Counted from the first letter of the stretch, positions 12,951 through 25,980 are shown. The stretch: DNA of 64,000 bases from Octopus sinensis (GCF_006345805.1 NW_021834792.1:5337-69336), one strand, 5' to 3'. Notes: generated by a model from the letters alone, not told the origin. Program-made: numbers and translations.

Positions 12951-12960
12951 GTGAGTGAGA
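12220..12960. repeat. (TG)n, (TA)n, (GA)n, (GACA)n microsatellites
   Basis: Direct reading; interrupted by an S2 SINE fragment. Confidence 0.9.
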
Positions 12961-13426
12961 GTTTGTTTACTGTTCTGAGCTGAAGATAAAGAAGTGGTGC
13001 TAAGTGTTTTGCTATTATTTACACATTATTAGTTTTTGTGTGGTTTCTTTGTTCGTCTGGGGGCAATAGTGACGAGATAAACCACGCCAGGGGTGGGGAC
13101 ATCAAAATGGTGGTGGTTGCGGGGCGGGGGTAGAGACAGTAAACAGTAGAAGTCCAACTTTAATTGCGGTTGAGGTGGTTGTAGTGTGGTATCTTGGTGG
13201 TGATGTCGTTGCCGGAAATTTGTAACCAAGGTAACGCATTATGGCATTAAACGTCTTCATACAGATAAGAAGGTTAATAATACAGCTAAGCAGCGGCCGA
13301 AGTTAACTTTGACCCCGAGAATATATTTCTAGCGGTCGGGGTTGTTTAATAACCAGCATAATACTCTCCCGCCCCCTTCTCTTAGCTTACCGTCCACAAC
13401 TCGAATTGATTGATCTAAATACTCTC

Positions 13427-13464
<38 letters not shown>

Positions 13465-13635
13465 GTGTTTGTTTTGTTGAGAATGAAATCCCATAGTCGT
13501 GGGTCGGCACGCCGACAAGGGCACGAGAAAATTGATCGCGTAGAAGGAAATATAAATTTATTTTTAAAAATGCATCACATCAACAACAACAAAACAACAA
13601 CAGCAGCAGCAGCAGTGATGATGATGATGATGATG

Positions 13636-13671
<36 letters not shown>

Positions 13672-13679
13672 GTAATAAT

Positions 13680-14260
13680 AATAGTAATTCATTCTAATTT
13701 TAATACAAGGACGACAATCTTGAGCGCGAAAGCCGATTACATCAACTTGCTCCCTTAGCACAACTGGTACTTTATCAATTTCGAAAGAATGAAAGTCACA
13801 ATCGGCCTCTCCGGGATTTGAACTCAGAATATAAAGAGATGGACCAAAAATGCCGCTAAGCATTTTTTTTCCGTTATGCTAATGGTCCTGCTACCTACTT
13901 GCTTCATAATCTTAATCACAATCTTTTTAACTGTAGGCACAAGGCTTGAAACTCTTGTGGGAAACTCTTGTGGGAAATGGAGTAGTCGATTACGTTGACT
14001 TCAGTATTCATTAGGTACTTATTTTATCGACCCCGGGAAGCTGACCTCGGCGAAATTTGAACTCAGAGCGTATACACGGACGAAATGAGCTAAACATTCT
14101 TTCTAATTTTGGGGTAAACCAAGCAATTTTGAGGGAAGGGTGTTAGTCGCTCCTTCAATTCCAGTACTTAACTGCTAATATATTTTATGAACCTAGAAGA
14201 ATGAAAAGCATCAGGAAGGGAACTCAGAACTTAAGGAGCCGGAAGGAATACCCCAAGGCG
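13680..14260 (-). mobile_element. Cluster of old S1 monomers (others at ~15085-15260, 18325-18465, 23935-24140, 26780-27300, 43678-43885, 49560-49670, 54575-54785)
   Basis: Degenerate GGTACTTATTTTATCGACC...GAATTTGAACTCAG motifs. Confidence 0.7.
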
Positions 14261-14639
14261 TTTTGTCGGACGTGCTAACAATTACGCCAGCTCATTACCA
14301 TAACAAGAACAACAATGACAGCAACAATAGCAATGATGATGATGATGATGTTTTTCTTTGCCCTCGAGGCAAATAAATGGGACATCACAAACGTATGGGA
14401 CATCACGCGGACAGTCTACAATTCGCGTTGGGGCCTACATAAAAGTTGTATGAAAGAAGGAGAAAAGACTGTGAAATGCGATAAAAGAATGCACAGTATA
14501 CAATGTATGTGATAACATGATTGACGCAGTCCTTCTGATACTGAAGAACATTCATCTAGGGCCAATCAGGGGACCTCACACATCCAGGAATACTCTGACC
14601 CCTAAAAGCACGATCCCTCACTCAACTATTGTTCTCCTG

Positions 14640-15060
14640 TCTTCAAGTGCATGTTTAGAGTAGATACGTTTAAGCAAATCCTTTTTTCCACAGTCAGCTA
14701 CCTTCCTGCAAATTCTCTAGGAGAGAGCACATCGCTCTACTTTCTACTCTCAGTTTCCTTTCCAAGGAGAACTTAAGGGTTTCGTTGAGGGCTTGACCTA
14801 AGCGAAAGATGCCTTTCTCCAATCCCTTAAGCACTTCATAACCATTAGACAGATGAACAGCGCCTGCTCTATATTACAAAAGGTGGATGATGGGTCGGGC
14901 CTCACGACAGACTCAGCTGATAGACGAATTAGTCCTACACCCGACGACAGCTCTTCGACATAACTCCGCTAATCTGCAATTCTGGTACACTGCATGAGTG
15001 CATGCATTATGGTTTCATTGCTCTGTGTGCATCACGGTTGGTCCTGTCTAACACAACTTC
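14640..15060 (-). mobile_element. Tx1/L1-like LINE ORF2 3' fragment, degenerate
   Basis: ETIMHALMQC...SYVEEL...IRLSAESVV...LERKLRVE aligns by eye with the 60 kb copy (ETVLHALLQC, AYVERLL, VRLSAESIV, LKRKVRVE). Confidence 0.7.
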
Positions 15061-15689
15061 CACGCCAGTAGAGTTTTGATTATTATTTCATATTTTGGCA
15101 CGAGGCGAACAATTTTATGGGTTGGTTACTTAATGTACTTGACCCCGGTACTGGATAGCTACTTTCTTCTTGGCCCTTAAAGGATAAAAATCAAGGTTTC
15201 CCTTTGTAGAATTTGAACTGAAAAAGCAAGAAAAAAAATGTGCTCAGCATTTTTGTCTTATAGACCCTTAGAATGATGTCGATCCCCTCCATACGTGGAC
15301 AACTGTGCCGTGTGCCGACAGATCTGTAGCCTACTTCGTACAAGATGTCCTTCAATGTCACTAGTTTACACAATTGTGGTTCTAGAGTCAGTGTATACAG
15401 AAGAGATGAAAGGTGACAATACTGAAAGCCTGGGCGCATGTCACTACGTGGTTCCGATACGTCACCGTTCAGTCTAACCACCGAGCACACATCGCTGTAC
15501 ATTTATTGCTTGAAGACGAGGCGAAATCGTGTTGATGGCTGTCAATTTTTTATCATAGAAAATTGTTGGTTCTTGAAATTATCACATCTTCACATATGGA
15601 ATTCATGCCACTTGCCACAAAAGCGATTAGTTTACTCTCTTTGAAAACAGAAATAATTTCAATAAATCAAGAATTTATGAATTTATCTT

Positions 15690-15723
15690 GCATAACACAC
15701 ACACATATATACACATATATATA

Positions 15724-15760
<37 letters not shown>

Positions 15761-15965
15761 CACACACACACACATACATACAAATATGATTACATGTACA
15801 TTCGTGTATGTATGTGTGTGTGTATGTATGTACTCATGTATATCTATCTATACACACAAACGCACACACATATATATGCATATACATCTCTCTCTATATA
15901 TATATACATATACATACATATATATGTATATATACATTTATATATATAATATATATATATATATA

Positions 15966-16010
<45 letters not shown>

Positions 16011-16115
16011 ATATATATACATACATACATACATACACACATATTTCCTCAGCGTAAACCTAAAACACTTATTTTATTACTTCGTCTTCGTGTTATTTAT
16101 AATCTTTGTACACCA

Positions 16116-16203
<88 letters not shown>

Positions 16204-16225
16204 GTGTATGTATGTATGTATGAAT
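15690..16225. repeat. (TA)n/(CATA)n tracts
   Basis: Direct reading. Confidence 0.9.
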
Positions 16226-16958
16226 ATGCGAAGTAAGAACAAAAATATATGTATACTAAAATCCATACCAGATAAATTATTCATTTATACGTATGAAACG
16301 TTTGTATGCGTGTCTGTATGTATGCCTGCATGAGTTTGTATATGTGAATATGCTATATATATATATATATATATATACATACACAAACACACACGCGCAT
16401 GTATACATATAATGTCAATAACGCATCTAACTGCAGTGAGATAGATTCACATTGAGTTTGCATCTGATATGATTTTTCACAAAAAAAAAAAAATCAATAG
16501 ACGTAACATGATCCTTAGAAAAAAAACGTCAGTCATTTGTAAGAAAATTGCATGGCAGAATTAAAACCACTGAGAAAAAGAATTACACATCACAAGAATT
16601 ATTTGCAAAAAAAAAAAAAGAGGATATCTTTCATATCCAGACGGCACCGTTTTTGTATGACTATCTGTGAAAATCGGAATTGGTAAAACAAAGTTACCAC
16701 AGCTAGACTTAAATATTTGTTTACGCCTGTTTACATTTCGGAGTAATTTCGCTGTGAGGGGAAATAATAATTAAATGAAAGAAAATTATAGTAGATATAC
16801 CAACTTTAAATGATAAGGCTGTAAAGATATCTATTGAACTCCAGGTCAGAAATTTTCAGTGGTTGTATGCATACATATAAATATGTGTGGGCATGTGTCT
16901 GTACATGAGTGCTTGTGTATGTGTGTGTTTGTATGCGCTTGTGTGTGTGCGTGTGTGC

Positions 16959-17006
<48 letters not shown>

Positions 17007-17389
17007 AGGAACAGGCTCTGCCAGATTTAAAATGATCAAGACAGCGCCGTATCTTACAACTGCGTTCATATGGTTTCCTCAAGAAGTTAGGGAGCCCATG
17101 GTATGATGTATACCGATTGCTCCTTCTCATGGAAAGAGTGCTATCCCTTCATAGAACTTTGCACGACCATGTGAATATGGCTCTACAATCCAGCTTCGGT
17201 TCTATAATAAAGATTATAGATTTCACACATGAACTGTCTGTCACCTGGTATCACCGGTCGCGATGTAACCTCATGTACATTTACCATGCCTGGTCAGGCC
17301 ACCATCTGACTTGCAAATTAACCTACACATATGTGTGCCGCAGAGAACATGACGGAAGTATCATCCCATAAGCTGCCTTGATCTTTCCG

Positions 17390-18005
17390 TTCTTCATGTG
17401 AGCGCAGGTGGATGATCAACCCAGCTCTTGAGAGAAGAAATCGTCCAGACACATTGCATCTCCATTCCAAACAAATTCTGGAGACACTTCTATTGAGTCT
17501 TGCTAATGGAGTAAACACTTCAGAGCAGTACGCTCTACTCACCCTTGCTCACATCTATTCCTGATAATCACGGTTTTCAGCCAATGCCTGCTTTTTATCA
17601 CATCCTTAAATCGTTTACTTTGTGTATGCTGTGGCCTCTTCCCACTGGTCAGCTCCTCAAGAAAAAAAAACCCGTTTAGGCCTCCTTTCATCCTCTATTC
17701 TGATAACACGTGCAGCTCAGAGCATCTGGTTTAAAATAATTCTTTTTTCAATATTGGTGCTGCCCCCCTTAAGCATAACAGTATCAGATATGTAAGAGCA
17801 TCACTGTACGCCGGCTACAATAACGATAAATCTTTCATGACTGCTTGATACAATGCCTATGTATTGTCCACATTTCGCACCCATAGAGCAGGGCTGTAAG
17901 GGCACGGGCCTCATAAACAGAGCTTTCCGTTTTTTGTGATGTCCTAAGCTGACCAGACTTGCTTTACGAGTTTCCGAAAAGCAACACTAGCTTTCGCAGT
18001 CCTAT
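17390..18005 (-). mobile_element. RTE-clade LINE 3' fragment
   Basis: AKASVAFRKL..VW, LLYGCEMW-like, SGKRPQ..KRFKDVIK and terminal C2H2-like WRCNVSGRFLLSRAGLIIHLRSHE. Confidence 0.75.
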
Positions 18006-18011
18006 GGTTTA

Positions 18012-18189
18012 CTGTTTTTTGACATGTATAAGGAATCCTCGTTTATAAGGAACCCCCTAATTTGGGGGGCTTAAAATTTAGAAAAAAGGTTTTGTAAGGG
18101 ATTATAATACTATCCATGTAAAAGAAACTCCCATATTTTTAAACCTAATTTTTAACAAAAAAGGGTTCCTTATACACGTTAAAATACGG
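18012..18189. mobile_element. pogo/Tc2-type MITE with TA TSD
   Basis: TA-CTGTTTTTTGACATGTATAAGGAATCC ... GGGTTCCTTATACACGTTAAAATACGG-TA; imperfect ~27-bp TIRs. Confidence 0.7.
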
Positions 18190-18918
18190 TATTTTGGCGC
18201 CAAGAGTACCATCTCTGCTATGTGTTGTTTTATCTCCTACGAAGATGTGATTCCACAAATGTTTCCCCAACAAATGGTGCGTACATGATATTTATCTTCT
18301 TCATGCAAATATTGGATTCAAATTTTGGCACAAGGCCAGCAAGGTTTCAATCGGTTGCATTGACTCCAGTGCTCGGCAGGTATTTATCGACGCCAAAAGA
18401 ATGAAAGGCTAAGTCGACCTCGGCGAAATTTGCATTTAGAACGTAAAGACAGACGAAATGCCGCATGTCCAGTGTTCCCTGCCTAGCTCTGAATTCCCAC
18501 TGAGTCTCAAAGAGGACATCAGGGCAAATCCATTTTGTTTAATCGATTCTACAAAACCTTAGACATAACTAGTCCTAGCGACTCGAGCAGGTTTTCATGC
18601 TTGGAGCCCTTACGTTTGTAAATGTAAAATATAATTGCATTAACCCAATCTTACGGGACAGACTTGCCATGACATACAGGCATACAGGCAGAACTAGCTG
18701 ATGAATGACCTCAGCAATATTATCCCCTCAAAAGTGAATCAACGCAATAGGTATTTAATCAAGATTCAGAGTTTTCTCTATGCTTAGCTCTTTGATAGTT
18801 GACCCTTTTTCACCAATGTAATCTTATATTACTATTATAAGATAATAAATAAAACCTGAAAAACAGAGCTGGAATTCCTTTGAGTAATATATTCTTCCAT
18901 ACACAATCATACAAACCC

Positions 18919-18966
<48 letters not shown>

Positions 18967-19177
18967 GTCTTTGCATCGTCTATTTGTCCAAACGTTTTGA
19001 TGCCCTCTATTGCATTTTTGTTCCATTTTTATATTTATATATATACATCCACACACACACGCACGCAGGCACGCACGCATACACACACACACATATATAT
19101 ATAATATACTGATCCGTGATAGAAAATTCAACAAAAAATGTACTCCATCTGGTGAGATATAAATATTATTTATTTAA

Positions 19178-19791
19178 AGGTCACAATACATGTATTAAAG
19201 CGCTACTAATAGTTTCATATGTTGAGAAAACTCAAACATATTCTTCAGGCGTAAACCTCATATCATAACGAACTAAATAAATTGAATAATAGAAGAAACG
19301 CGAAAAATTTGAAAAGGCAGCGTATAGAAAACGCAGACAGTAAACAACGGAAAATGGAAAACGGAAAACAGAGACTAAAATGCAAAAAGATAGACTCTAA
19401 ATGATAAGGCTGGAAAGATATCTATTGAACTCCAGGTCAGAAATTTTCAGTCGTTGTATGCATACGTATAAATATATTTTGAAGAGTCGGAAAATTCCGT
19501 CTGTTCCTGATGGACTTGATATCTTTCCAGGCTTATCATTTAAGATAGATCTTTTATATTTTTACTTTTTATTTTTGGCATTTTAGTTTCTGTTTTTCGT
19601 TTTCCGTTTTTCGTTTTCCATTTTTTTACTGCCTGCGTTTCCTATACGCTGTCTTCTCAAATTTTTCGCGTTTTTTCTATTATTTAATTTCTTTAGTTCG
19701 TTATGATATGTGGTTTGCGCCTGCAGAATATGTCTGAGATTTCTCAACATAAGAAATTATTAGTAGCTCGTTAATACGAATGTAGCAACCT
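19178..19791. mobile_element. Foldback element with ~260-bp TIRs, TTAA TSD, AGG..CCT ends (Kolobok-like)
   Basis: TTAA 19174-77 and 19792-95; arms ~19178-19432 and ~19517-19791 are reverse complements along their length; spacer and inner arm recur at ~16805-16885. Confidence 0.75.
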
Positions 19792-20004
19792 TTAAATGAA
19801 TAATTATATATATGTGTTTATACATGTATATATATATACATACACACACACATATATGGGTGTGTGTGTGTATGTGTATATATAATGTATATATATATAT
19901 ATATGTGTGTATATGTATATATATATATATACATACATATATATATATATGTACGTGTGTGTATGTGTGTTTGTATGTATGTATGTATGTATCCCAACAC
20001 ATTT

Positions 20005-20150
20005 TTTCTCTCTCTATTTTTCCCCTCTCAATCCTTTCTGTTGAAGAGTGTAGGCTCGAAACATCGAAGACTTTTCCATTCTTCCCAAGCGTGAAACTAA
20101 TACACCTGCTTGTTGTTCCTTCAACTCTCTTCGTCTTTTGTTTTCAACAT
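20005..20150 (+). mobile_element. Short dispersed element with hammerhead-like core (CTGTTGA-A-GAGT-gtag-GCTC-GAAA-CATC)
   Basis: Core at 20038-20065. Homologous minus-strand copies at ~5060-5190, ~9960-10150 and ~10945-11165 share the core and flanks. Confidence 0.6.
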
Positions 20151-21294
20151 ATATATATATTTTTGTATATATGTTGAACAGCTTTTCTTTTATGCATTTC
20201 ATTTAATACACGGATGAGTTCAAGTTTTATGTCTTTATTTTAGTTTTTTTCTTCACATTTTCTTCTTTTTTACAGCTAGTTTGGAATAATGAAATTCCTA
20301 ATCCATATTCACTGCTGTAAAGGGACTTTGAAACTCAACAGTTTTTCGAACTTATCGTGTATTTTCTCATTCAAAGCTGCGGCAGCGGTCAACAAGCATA
20401 TTATTTACTGATGCGCAAGCAGATAGTAATTCATGGATTGCGCATAGAACTGTGACAATTCAAACAATAACACTATCTATTCATTTCTAATACGTTATGG
20501 AAGATTAGCATGTAAATATCTACTCACTGTTGTTTTTCATCATGGGAGAACACTTCCTCTTATTAAATTATGTGTATTCATATAACACATTTTTTCACGG
20601 GTGTAATGGGACTTTGAAACACCAAAGCGTTTCGACCTTGTTACATATCTTCTCATTCAAAGTTATTACGCCGGCCTGATGAGTAACGACGTGTGTTCAT
20701 AATACATGAGACTTACCACTGTAAAGAAGAGTTTGTGGCAACACGTTGCTTCGACTTTGTGTGCTTCGTCAGCCAAAGCTAGGACATCAGACTGACGAAT
20801 CTGAGAAGAACATAATCTCTTATTTATCGTAATCAGTAAACATTTTTTTTTTACTGATGCGTGAATTAAGACTAAATAGATACGTTATTATTTGCATTCT
20901 CACTGTTATGCATGCGCCCCGTGAATTTATGTAAATTTTTCCACCAAAGTCACGTATTGATTTGTTTGTTGATAGAATCTGACAATAAGGTGGAAGGTGA
21001 ATCATTTCAAAGGTTCAAAGGTTAATTTGTTTGGTTAAAGTTTGTATAAAAATCCAATATAAATTCTGATATAAATGAGAGATCGAGGAAATGAAAGTGA
21101 AAAATAAGTATTGATATTTTCAGAAAAAAAAAACGCCCTTCGACTTCCGTTGGGTTAAAGTTTAACAAAACATACCGTGGCATATGGTGGTGATGGTTGT
21201 AGTGGTGGTGGGGTTGGAGTGCAAGAAAGCCATCGTGTTTCGTAGGGTTTTGATTCGTAATCTCACCCCTGTCCCTTCTTCACTATCTCGTTCA

Positions 21295-21662
21295 CTCACT
21301 CACTCACTCACTCACTCACTCACTCACTCACTCACTCATTCACTCACTCACTCACTCATTCACTCACTCACTCACTCATTCACTCACTCACTCTCTTTTC
21401 TCATTCCTCCCTCTTTCTTCAATATGTTTTGTATGTCTGTGTATTATATATGAATACATGTACATACATACATATATATATTCATGCACAGACACACATA
21501 TATAAATGTGTTTTGTAAATATGCGTGCATCAATATCAATACACATATAGGCATATATGAATATATGTTTATATATATATATATATACGTGCATGTGTGC
21601 GTGTGTGTTTGTGCTTATATAAGTGTTTATACAGAAACACCAACAAGGACGCTCATAATTAT

Positions 21663-21706
<44 letters not shown>

Positions 21707-22028
21707 TAGAGAAAAAGAAAAAGAGAGAAAGAAAGAAAGAAAGAAGAAAGAAAGAAAGAAAGAAAGAAAGAGATGGGGAAGGATAGAATGGAGGAAGGGG
21801 AGAGTTGAAGAGAGATACATTTAGCACAGCAACCAATGGCAAGTAGCAGAAACCGCAACAATAGTCACAACTCTGTATACGCAAATCCCTCTTGACATGT
21901 TATAATTTCTATTCCTCAGAGTGTTGAGTTCTTGTAAACATGCCATAATTGATCTTGTAGGAATGGTGTAAACACAGCCTCTACATGCTTATCATCGCAT
22001 TCATATCTAGCGCAGAATTATTATCAGT

Positions 22029-22073
<45 letters not shown>

Positions 22074-22164
22074 AGCAGCATCGTCATCATCATCATCGTC
22101 GTCGTCATCATCATCGTCGTCTTCATAATCATTGTTATCATCATCATCATTATCATCGTTGTCG

Positions 22165-22221
<57 letters not shown>

Positions 22222-22235
22222 ACAACAACAACACT
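21295..22235. repeat. (CACT)n, (GA)n/(GAAA)n and (TCA)n/(GCA)n microsatellites
   Basis: Direct reading. Confidence 0.9.
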
Positions 22236-22924
22236 TATCATAATCTCTTCGCAAACATTGTGCATCACCACCACTTCATAGTCAACATATCAAAAGACCT
22301 CAATATTAGGCGCCGCCGTTATTCACCGTTTGTTTGCTTGATTGATTGATAAGCTTTCGTTCATTCTTTTCTGTTTTTCTCTTTCTTTCTTTTTTATTTT
22401 TTATTTTTTATTTTTGCAATGTATGTCCAAGTCAATTGTGATCGTGCAGAATTATGTTAAAAAGCAATTTCAGCTGTGACTGTTCTGTCATTTTTAGAGC
22501 TATCCTTTTGGTATCCATCCAGGGAGGAAATCTATTAAGCGATTTGTCCTATCTTTATTTTGGACAGTAGGTTAGGAGTCGAAAAATATTTATCAATATT
22601 TAATAACTCATTAACTCGTTTGTTACTACCTCACCGGAAACCACCCCTACTTCTATTATACAAACTTGCTGTTTTGAAGAAATATAAATGAAAATTTGGC
22701 ATAAAATTCTCATTATTTATGAGCTGTAGGCAATGGCTCTGTGCTTAACAGGTTTGTTTCGCTACAATGAGGCTTCGGGTTCAATCCTACAGCACGACAC
22801 CTTGAGCAAATGGGTTCTACTATAGCCCCAGGCGGATCAATTAATTGTAAGTTAATTTGTCGGACAGAAACTGAGAGGAAGCCGGTTGTATGTATTTATC
22901 TCGCTCTGGATGGAGTACTTTATT

Positions 22925-23450
22925 GATGTTTCTACCTGTAAACTATATATATTTACGGATATAGGATAAAGAATTATTAATTTAATAATTGATAAATTTT
23001 ACCAAGTAGTTTCGTTATGGAAAGAGAACCATTATCGGTAGAAACTTTTACAAAATGTATTTTTTATATATATAATTAAATATAATTTAGGGTTTAGCAA
23101 CAAGTTGCTTTACCACATACCGAAAATTTAGAAATAGCAACCAAAGACAGCTAATTCCTTTTCACTGCAGATATGACTTCACAGGTAACAATATTTGTAA
23201 CTCACATAGGCAAAAAGAAGAAAAGATAACGAAATCAAACAGTCTTCGATTAATTATGGACGCGTTTTTGGATTAGAATTATACAAATTCATTTCCGTCA
23301 TCAACATAATATTTCGAGAAATTGTAAATTTGAAAATGCTAGAAACCTACCCTTTGTATCCCGATCCTTGTCGCTGAAGAGGTCACAGATGTGTGACGAA
23401 AGATTTCCGGACAATGGATATGAGTTAAAATAAGAACCGTAATAAACGAG
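22925..23450 (+). mobile_element. Decayed repeat carrying the hammerhead; possible Penelope-like element terminus
   Basis: 23089-23148 (AGGGTTTAGCAAC...TTACCACATACCGAA...TTTAGAAATAGCA) recurs at 63181 and 63770, so it is a dispersed repeat. PLE assignment is inferred only from the adjacent hammerhead architecture. Confidence 0.35.
23364..23419 (+). ncRNA. Type I hammerhead ribozyme, minimal Penelope-like-element style, intact core
   Basis: Hand-folded. Stem I 5' ATCCTTGTCG (23364-73); core CTGAAGA (23374-80); extra G; stem II GTCACA-gatg-TGTGAC (23382-97); GAA (23398-400); stem III AGATTT (23401-06), self-complementary with two G.U; C17 at 23407; stem I 3' CG[G]ACAA[T]GGAT (23408-19), 10 bp with two 1-nt bulges. 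Confidence 0.75.
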
Positions 23451-25639
23451 TGAAGAACGAATATATAGTGCTTGTGTTTATTTGGCAAAACAAAAATGAC
23501 CGTCTCGAAATACAACAATATGTATATATACGACCGGTTTCTTTCAGTTTCCGTCTACCAAATTCAGCCACAAGGCTTTGGTTAGCCCGAGGCTATTGTA
23601 GAAGACACTTGCCCAGGGTGCCACGCAGTGGGACAGAAACCGGAACCATGTGGTTCGGAAGCAAACTTCTTACTACACAGTCACTGCCTGCGCCTATGTT
23701 TAAAACGGTTTGAATGGAATATTTTTGCCGATAATTTGAGCATATTGAATAATGTAGTTCTGGAATGACAAAACAGCATTGTCCAAAATCGTTCTTCATG
23801 TCTATGAGGATATGTATGGAGTTTTATTTCAAAGCATAACTTTTATGGTTTTACGATGAAACGTATTGTTTGTTTTATTCTTTTTAATCCTTTAACTGAG
23901 AAATTAAACTTCATTGTTATTCTAGTAATAATATTGGTTTAAAATTTTGGCACAAGGCCAGCAATTTCGGGGATAAAGGTTAAGTAGATTACACCAATAC
24001 GCAGTGTTCAAATGGTACTTATTTTATCGACCTCCGAAAGGATGAAAGGTGAAGTCGGAATTTGAACTCAGAACATAAAGACAAAATGCCGATATGCATT
24101 TTTCCCGGCGTGCTAACGATTCTGCCAGCGCGCCGCCCTTATTCTAATAATGATATTAAAATGTATCAAAAAATACAAATGGCATTTCCTGAAAGTTACG
24201 TTTCCCCAATCAGCCTGACATATTTGAAAATAAAATAGTTTCAAGCTAGATATTCCTTTACAAAGATAGTTCGGTATATAAAATTGACTTCTGTAGTTAA
24301 GGGTAATGAAATTTCGAATGAATATATCTGAATGTTGCAGTAAAAGCGTCGAAATGTGCATGGTATTTTTTTTCGAACGCAGAAACACCATTAGAACAGC
24401 ATAAATATTGAGTAAATTACGCTTACAAAGTGGAAAATTTCTTTGTACGAAAAAAAATTATCATCTAATTGTATCGTACAATGCACATTTCGATACTTAC
24501 AAAATACATACGTTAGTTTGTTTATATTTATATACACGTAATTGTGCATTTAGCTTTATAGCCCATAAATTTGAGTATGAATTTGTCACCCGGCAGTTTA
24601 GCTTAATGTTAAAGCACTCAACTGGCGTTTTTGAGGGAATTCGGTTCGAAAACTATGGCTGCTTCTTGACAAATTTTCCCGCTTTGTGAGAGTAATTTAC
24701 CCAATATTTCTCCTGTTCGAACGGCGTTTCTGCGTTCGAAAGAAAAATTATCATCTAATGGATATCGTTTAAGTTATAGTTTTTAAATTCAAATTACGAT
24801 GGACGTAAATAAACAAACGAAATTTGCCTTAGAAGCGTTGAGATGACTTAGAAAGTTAAAGAAGTGATTTTAAATTCTCAAACGCAGGATGATGCTAATA
24901 ATATAGTCTGAACAGGATAAGCTACCCCTATTTTGCAGAAAAAAGTGTTGGCGGCCGGCTATAAAATTTTTAAATGATGAGTAAGTTTTTTTAAAGGTAT
25001 GATTTGGAGACGATAGGTGGGATATTTTTGCTATTTTTAAAACGGTGGGTGTAGGATAAATCTGCCGGCAAAATGGATATATTGAATACCGTAGGTTTAG
25101 AAATATAGAAATACATTATGCAAAATGGTTCTTCCTTTTTAGGACGTTACGTATAATATTTTTTATTTCGTTTTGCAATCTGAATACATTGAGTAATGTA
25201 GTTCTAGAACAACCGAACTACATTATCCAAATTAGTTTTCCATTTTTAAGACGGTAGGTATGGTTATTAGAAAGATTTTGTAGCTACAGGAGATCTTGCT
25301 AAGGATCAACGCAATACGCTCTCAAAAATAAAAGTTGCTGATAAAACAGCTTCTACAATTAATAAACAACAGAATGTGAGATATCGTAGACATACTGGCA
25401 ACATTTGCAAAAGGCAATATCCCTCGTATAAATCAAGTAATCCATGTAGTAGTAATAGTAGTCACAATACAAAATGGGTATCTCTTAAACCATATCTCGT
25501 ATACAAACATCTAAACCGAAAGAAACAATGTTGCGGGTGAATAAAAAAGCATCTTGTGTATGTATAATGATAGCAAATAAAGTATAAGATCTCTTAATCC
25601 TTAATGAGATAGAAAAAGTAAACAGACCAAGCCATAACA

Positions 25640-25720
25640 ATGGTGATGATGATGATGATGATGATGATGTTGATAATGTTGATAATGATGGCGACGATGA
25701 TGATGATGACGATGATGACG

Positions 25721-25751
<31 letters not shown>

Positions 25752-25755
25752 TAAC

Positions 25756-25787
<32 letters not shown>

Positions 25788-25808
25788 TAATAATAATAAT
25801 AATAATAA

Positions 25809-25839
<31 letters not shown>

Positions 25840-25844
25840 AAGAA

Positions 25845-25877
<33 letters not shown>

Positions 25878-25980
25878 GAAGATGATGATGGTGATAGTGG
25901 AGGTGGTTATGATGATGGTGATGATGATGATATGATGACGACGACGACGATGAATGATGATGATGATGATGATGATTAAT
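25640..25980. repeat. Compound triplet tract (GAT)n-(AAT)n-(AGA)n-(GAT)n
   Basis: Direct reading. Confidence 0.95.

Noticed and set aside
20540-20800. Hammerhead-like fragments (CTGATGAG at ~20676; minus CTGACGA..GAAG; minus ATGAGAA..GAAA)
   Set aside because: Each lacks GAAA, a valid 3-8 pair or a valid NUH; no consistent fold.
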